Notes under the pieces: generated by a model
The model's database searches: none
What the model was told of the DNA's origin: nothing
Seen by the model: the letters and a program-made list of their open reading frames with translations, nothing else
NCBI GenBank assembly: GCA_001179505.1
Contig: CDMY01000397.1
Coordinates: forward strand, 1-64,000
Origin: Vitrella brassicaformis CCMP3155
Lineage: Eukaryota > Protista > Chromerida
Direction of reading: 5' to 3'
Length of the DNA stretch: 64,000 nucleotides
Shown here: in pieces, positions 63,034 to 64,000 of the stretch
Layout: each line of letters starts with the position of its first letter
Position numbering within the stretch: the first letter of the stretch is position 1
Program-made: the position numbers and the translations under genes

Positions 63034-64000
63034 CTACTTGAGTATGCTTCTGCACAGCTGCAGGACCTCCTTGGCCAGCAGCACCCGGCACACGCACACG
63101 CGCTCGAACGCATCCCCACACGGCAGATCCTTCACCTGACCAACCACACGCACAGAGAGAGAGTACATTCATCCGCTTCCCATCGGCGCTGTGGTTGCAT
63201 TTGCGGGTACCACGTGTGGTTTGTGGTCGGCCAGTTGATTGATGAGCCGCGACGCTGATGCACAGATCTTCAGCTGCAACCTGCACACACATTCACACCC
63301 ACAACACGGAAACGCAGGTGGCCAATCTGCCTCGTCCACGGTGCCGGTGCTGCTCACACGTCCTGTCCCCTCCGGAATCTGGCGATATCCGAGCCGACGG
63401 TGCACTCGCTGATGATGTCGGGCGACAGCTGTACAACGCTGTCAGTCGATATCTCGCGATCCAAACGGAGCTTGTCAGCTGCGTGTATCACGACACAACA
63501 CAGGAAGGAAAAAATGGATGAAGGGGAGGGCCGCTGCATGTCTGTGTGTGCGTCTGTGGGTACCTTGCTTCATGAGTCGGGTGTATTGCTCCTCCTGTAT
63601 GCGATTCATTTCCTCTAAGTGGTCCAGGAAGGACCTCTGCGCGCTGTTCAGATCGATCTTGGCCTGTACACCCACACAGGGCATCGCACCCATCCACTTT
63701 TGCTTTTCAGCCCTCCCCCTGGTCTGTACGCACTGACAGGCGTGTGCACTTACAACGATCTGTGTGAGCAGGTCATCAAACGCCTCCCGAGTGCCCTCGT
63801 CTGCAACCGTACTCATCATGCCGCCCTGTACACGCACCCAGCATGGAGACCGGATGGTTCTTCTGTGATCGTCAATTGGTCTCACCTCTTCGCTGGTGGG
63901 TTTTGGTACGAGGCGAGCTCGTCTGGCAGCGTGCGATAGACTCTCCGGCAGCTCCTTGCGGAGGATCTCCTGTACACGACGCTCAACCCATGGACCCTGC
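63034..64000 (-). CDS. 3' part of an unidentified helical protein (truncated by window end)
   Basis: Spliceable exons ...VQEILRKELPES...PTSEE|GGMMSTVADEGTREAFDDLLTQIV|AKIDLNSAQRSFLDHLEEMNRIQEEQYTRLMKQ|...; probable end VLLAKEVLQLCRSILK-TAG at 63034. Confidence 0.45.

Noticed and set aside
242-64000. Many ORF-track entries rich in HTHT, CVCV, MDGWMDG or SQSV
   Set aside because: These are translations of intronic CA/TG, GGAT and GACT microsatellites or antisense frames of real exons, not proteins.
1-64000. Transposable elements, rRNA, tRNA or CRISPR arrays
   Set aside because: No transposase, RT or integrase motifs, terminal repeats, or RNA-gene signatures were recognised by eye; a covariance-model search was not run.

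Overview
Compact, GC-rich, intron-dense eukaryotic DNA. Introns are GT-AG, mostly about 55-200 nt, and full of (CA)n/(TG)n, (GGAT)n and (GACA/GACT)n microsatellites. This style, plus a BTB+TLDc-like gene family and flagellar genes, suggests a chromerid alveolate such as Vitrella (inference). Confidently recognised genes: PP4 catalytic subunit, APS kinase, a TCERG1-like WW/FF protein, mitochondrial uL24, a histidine acid phosphatase, a CFAP97-domain protein and a ~16.8 kb DNAH1-like axonemal dynein heavy chain. The three most unusual items are (1) a single spliced gene fusing a GT4-type glycosyltransferase to an NT5C-type 5'(3')-deoxyribonucleotidase, (2) an 8-mer AGCTCGCA/TGCGAGCT found in most of the short spacers between head-to-head gene pairs, and (3) a large secreted beta-helix-like protein with a tandemly duplicated C-terminal domain. 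Also present: a PAM2-like/coiled-coil/RING protein, local tandem duplications, two apparently disrupted reading frames and a 300-N assembly gap. All gene models were spliced by eye, so exon boundaries are approximate.
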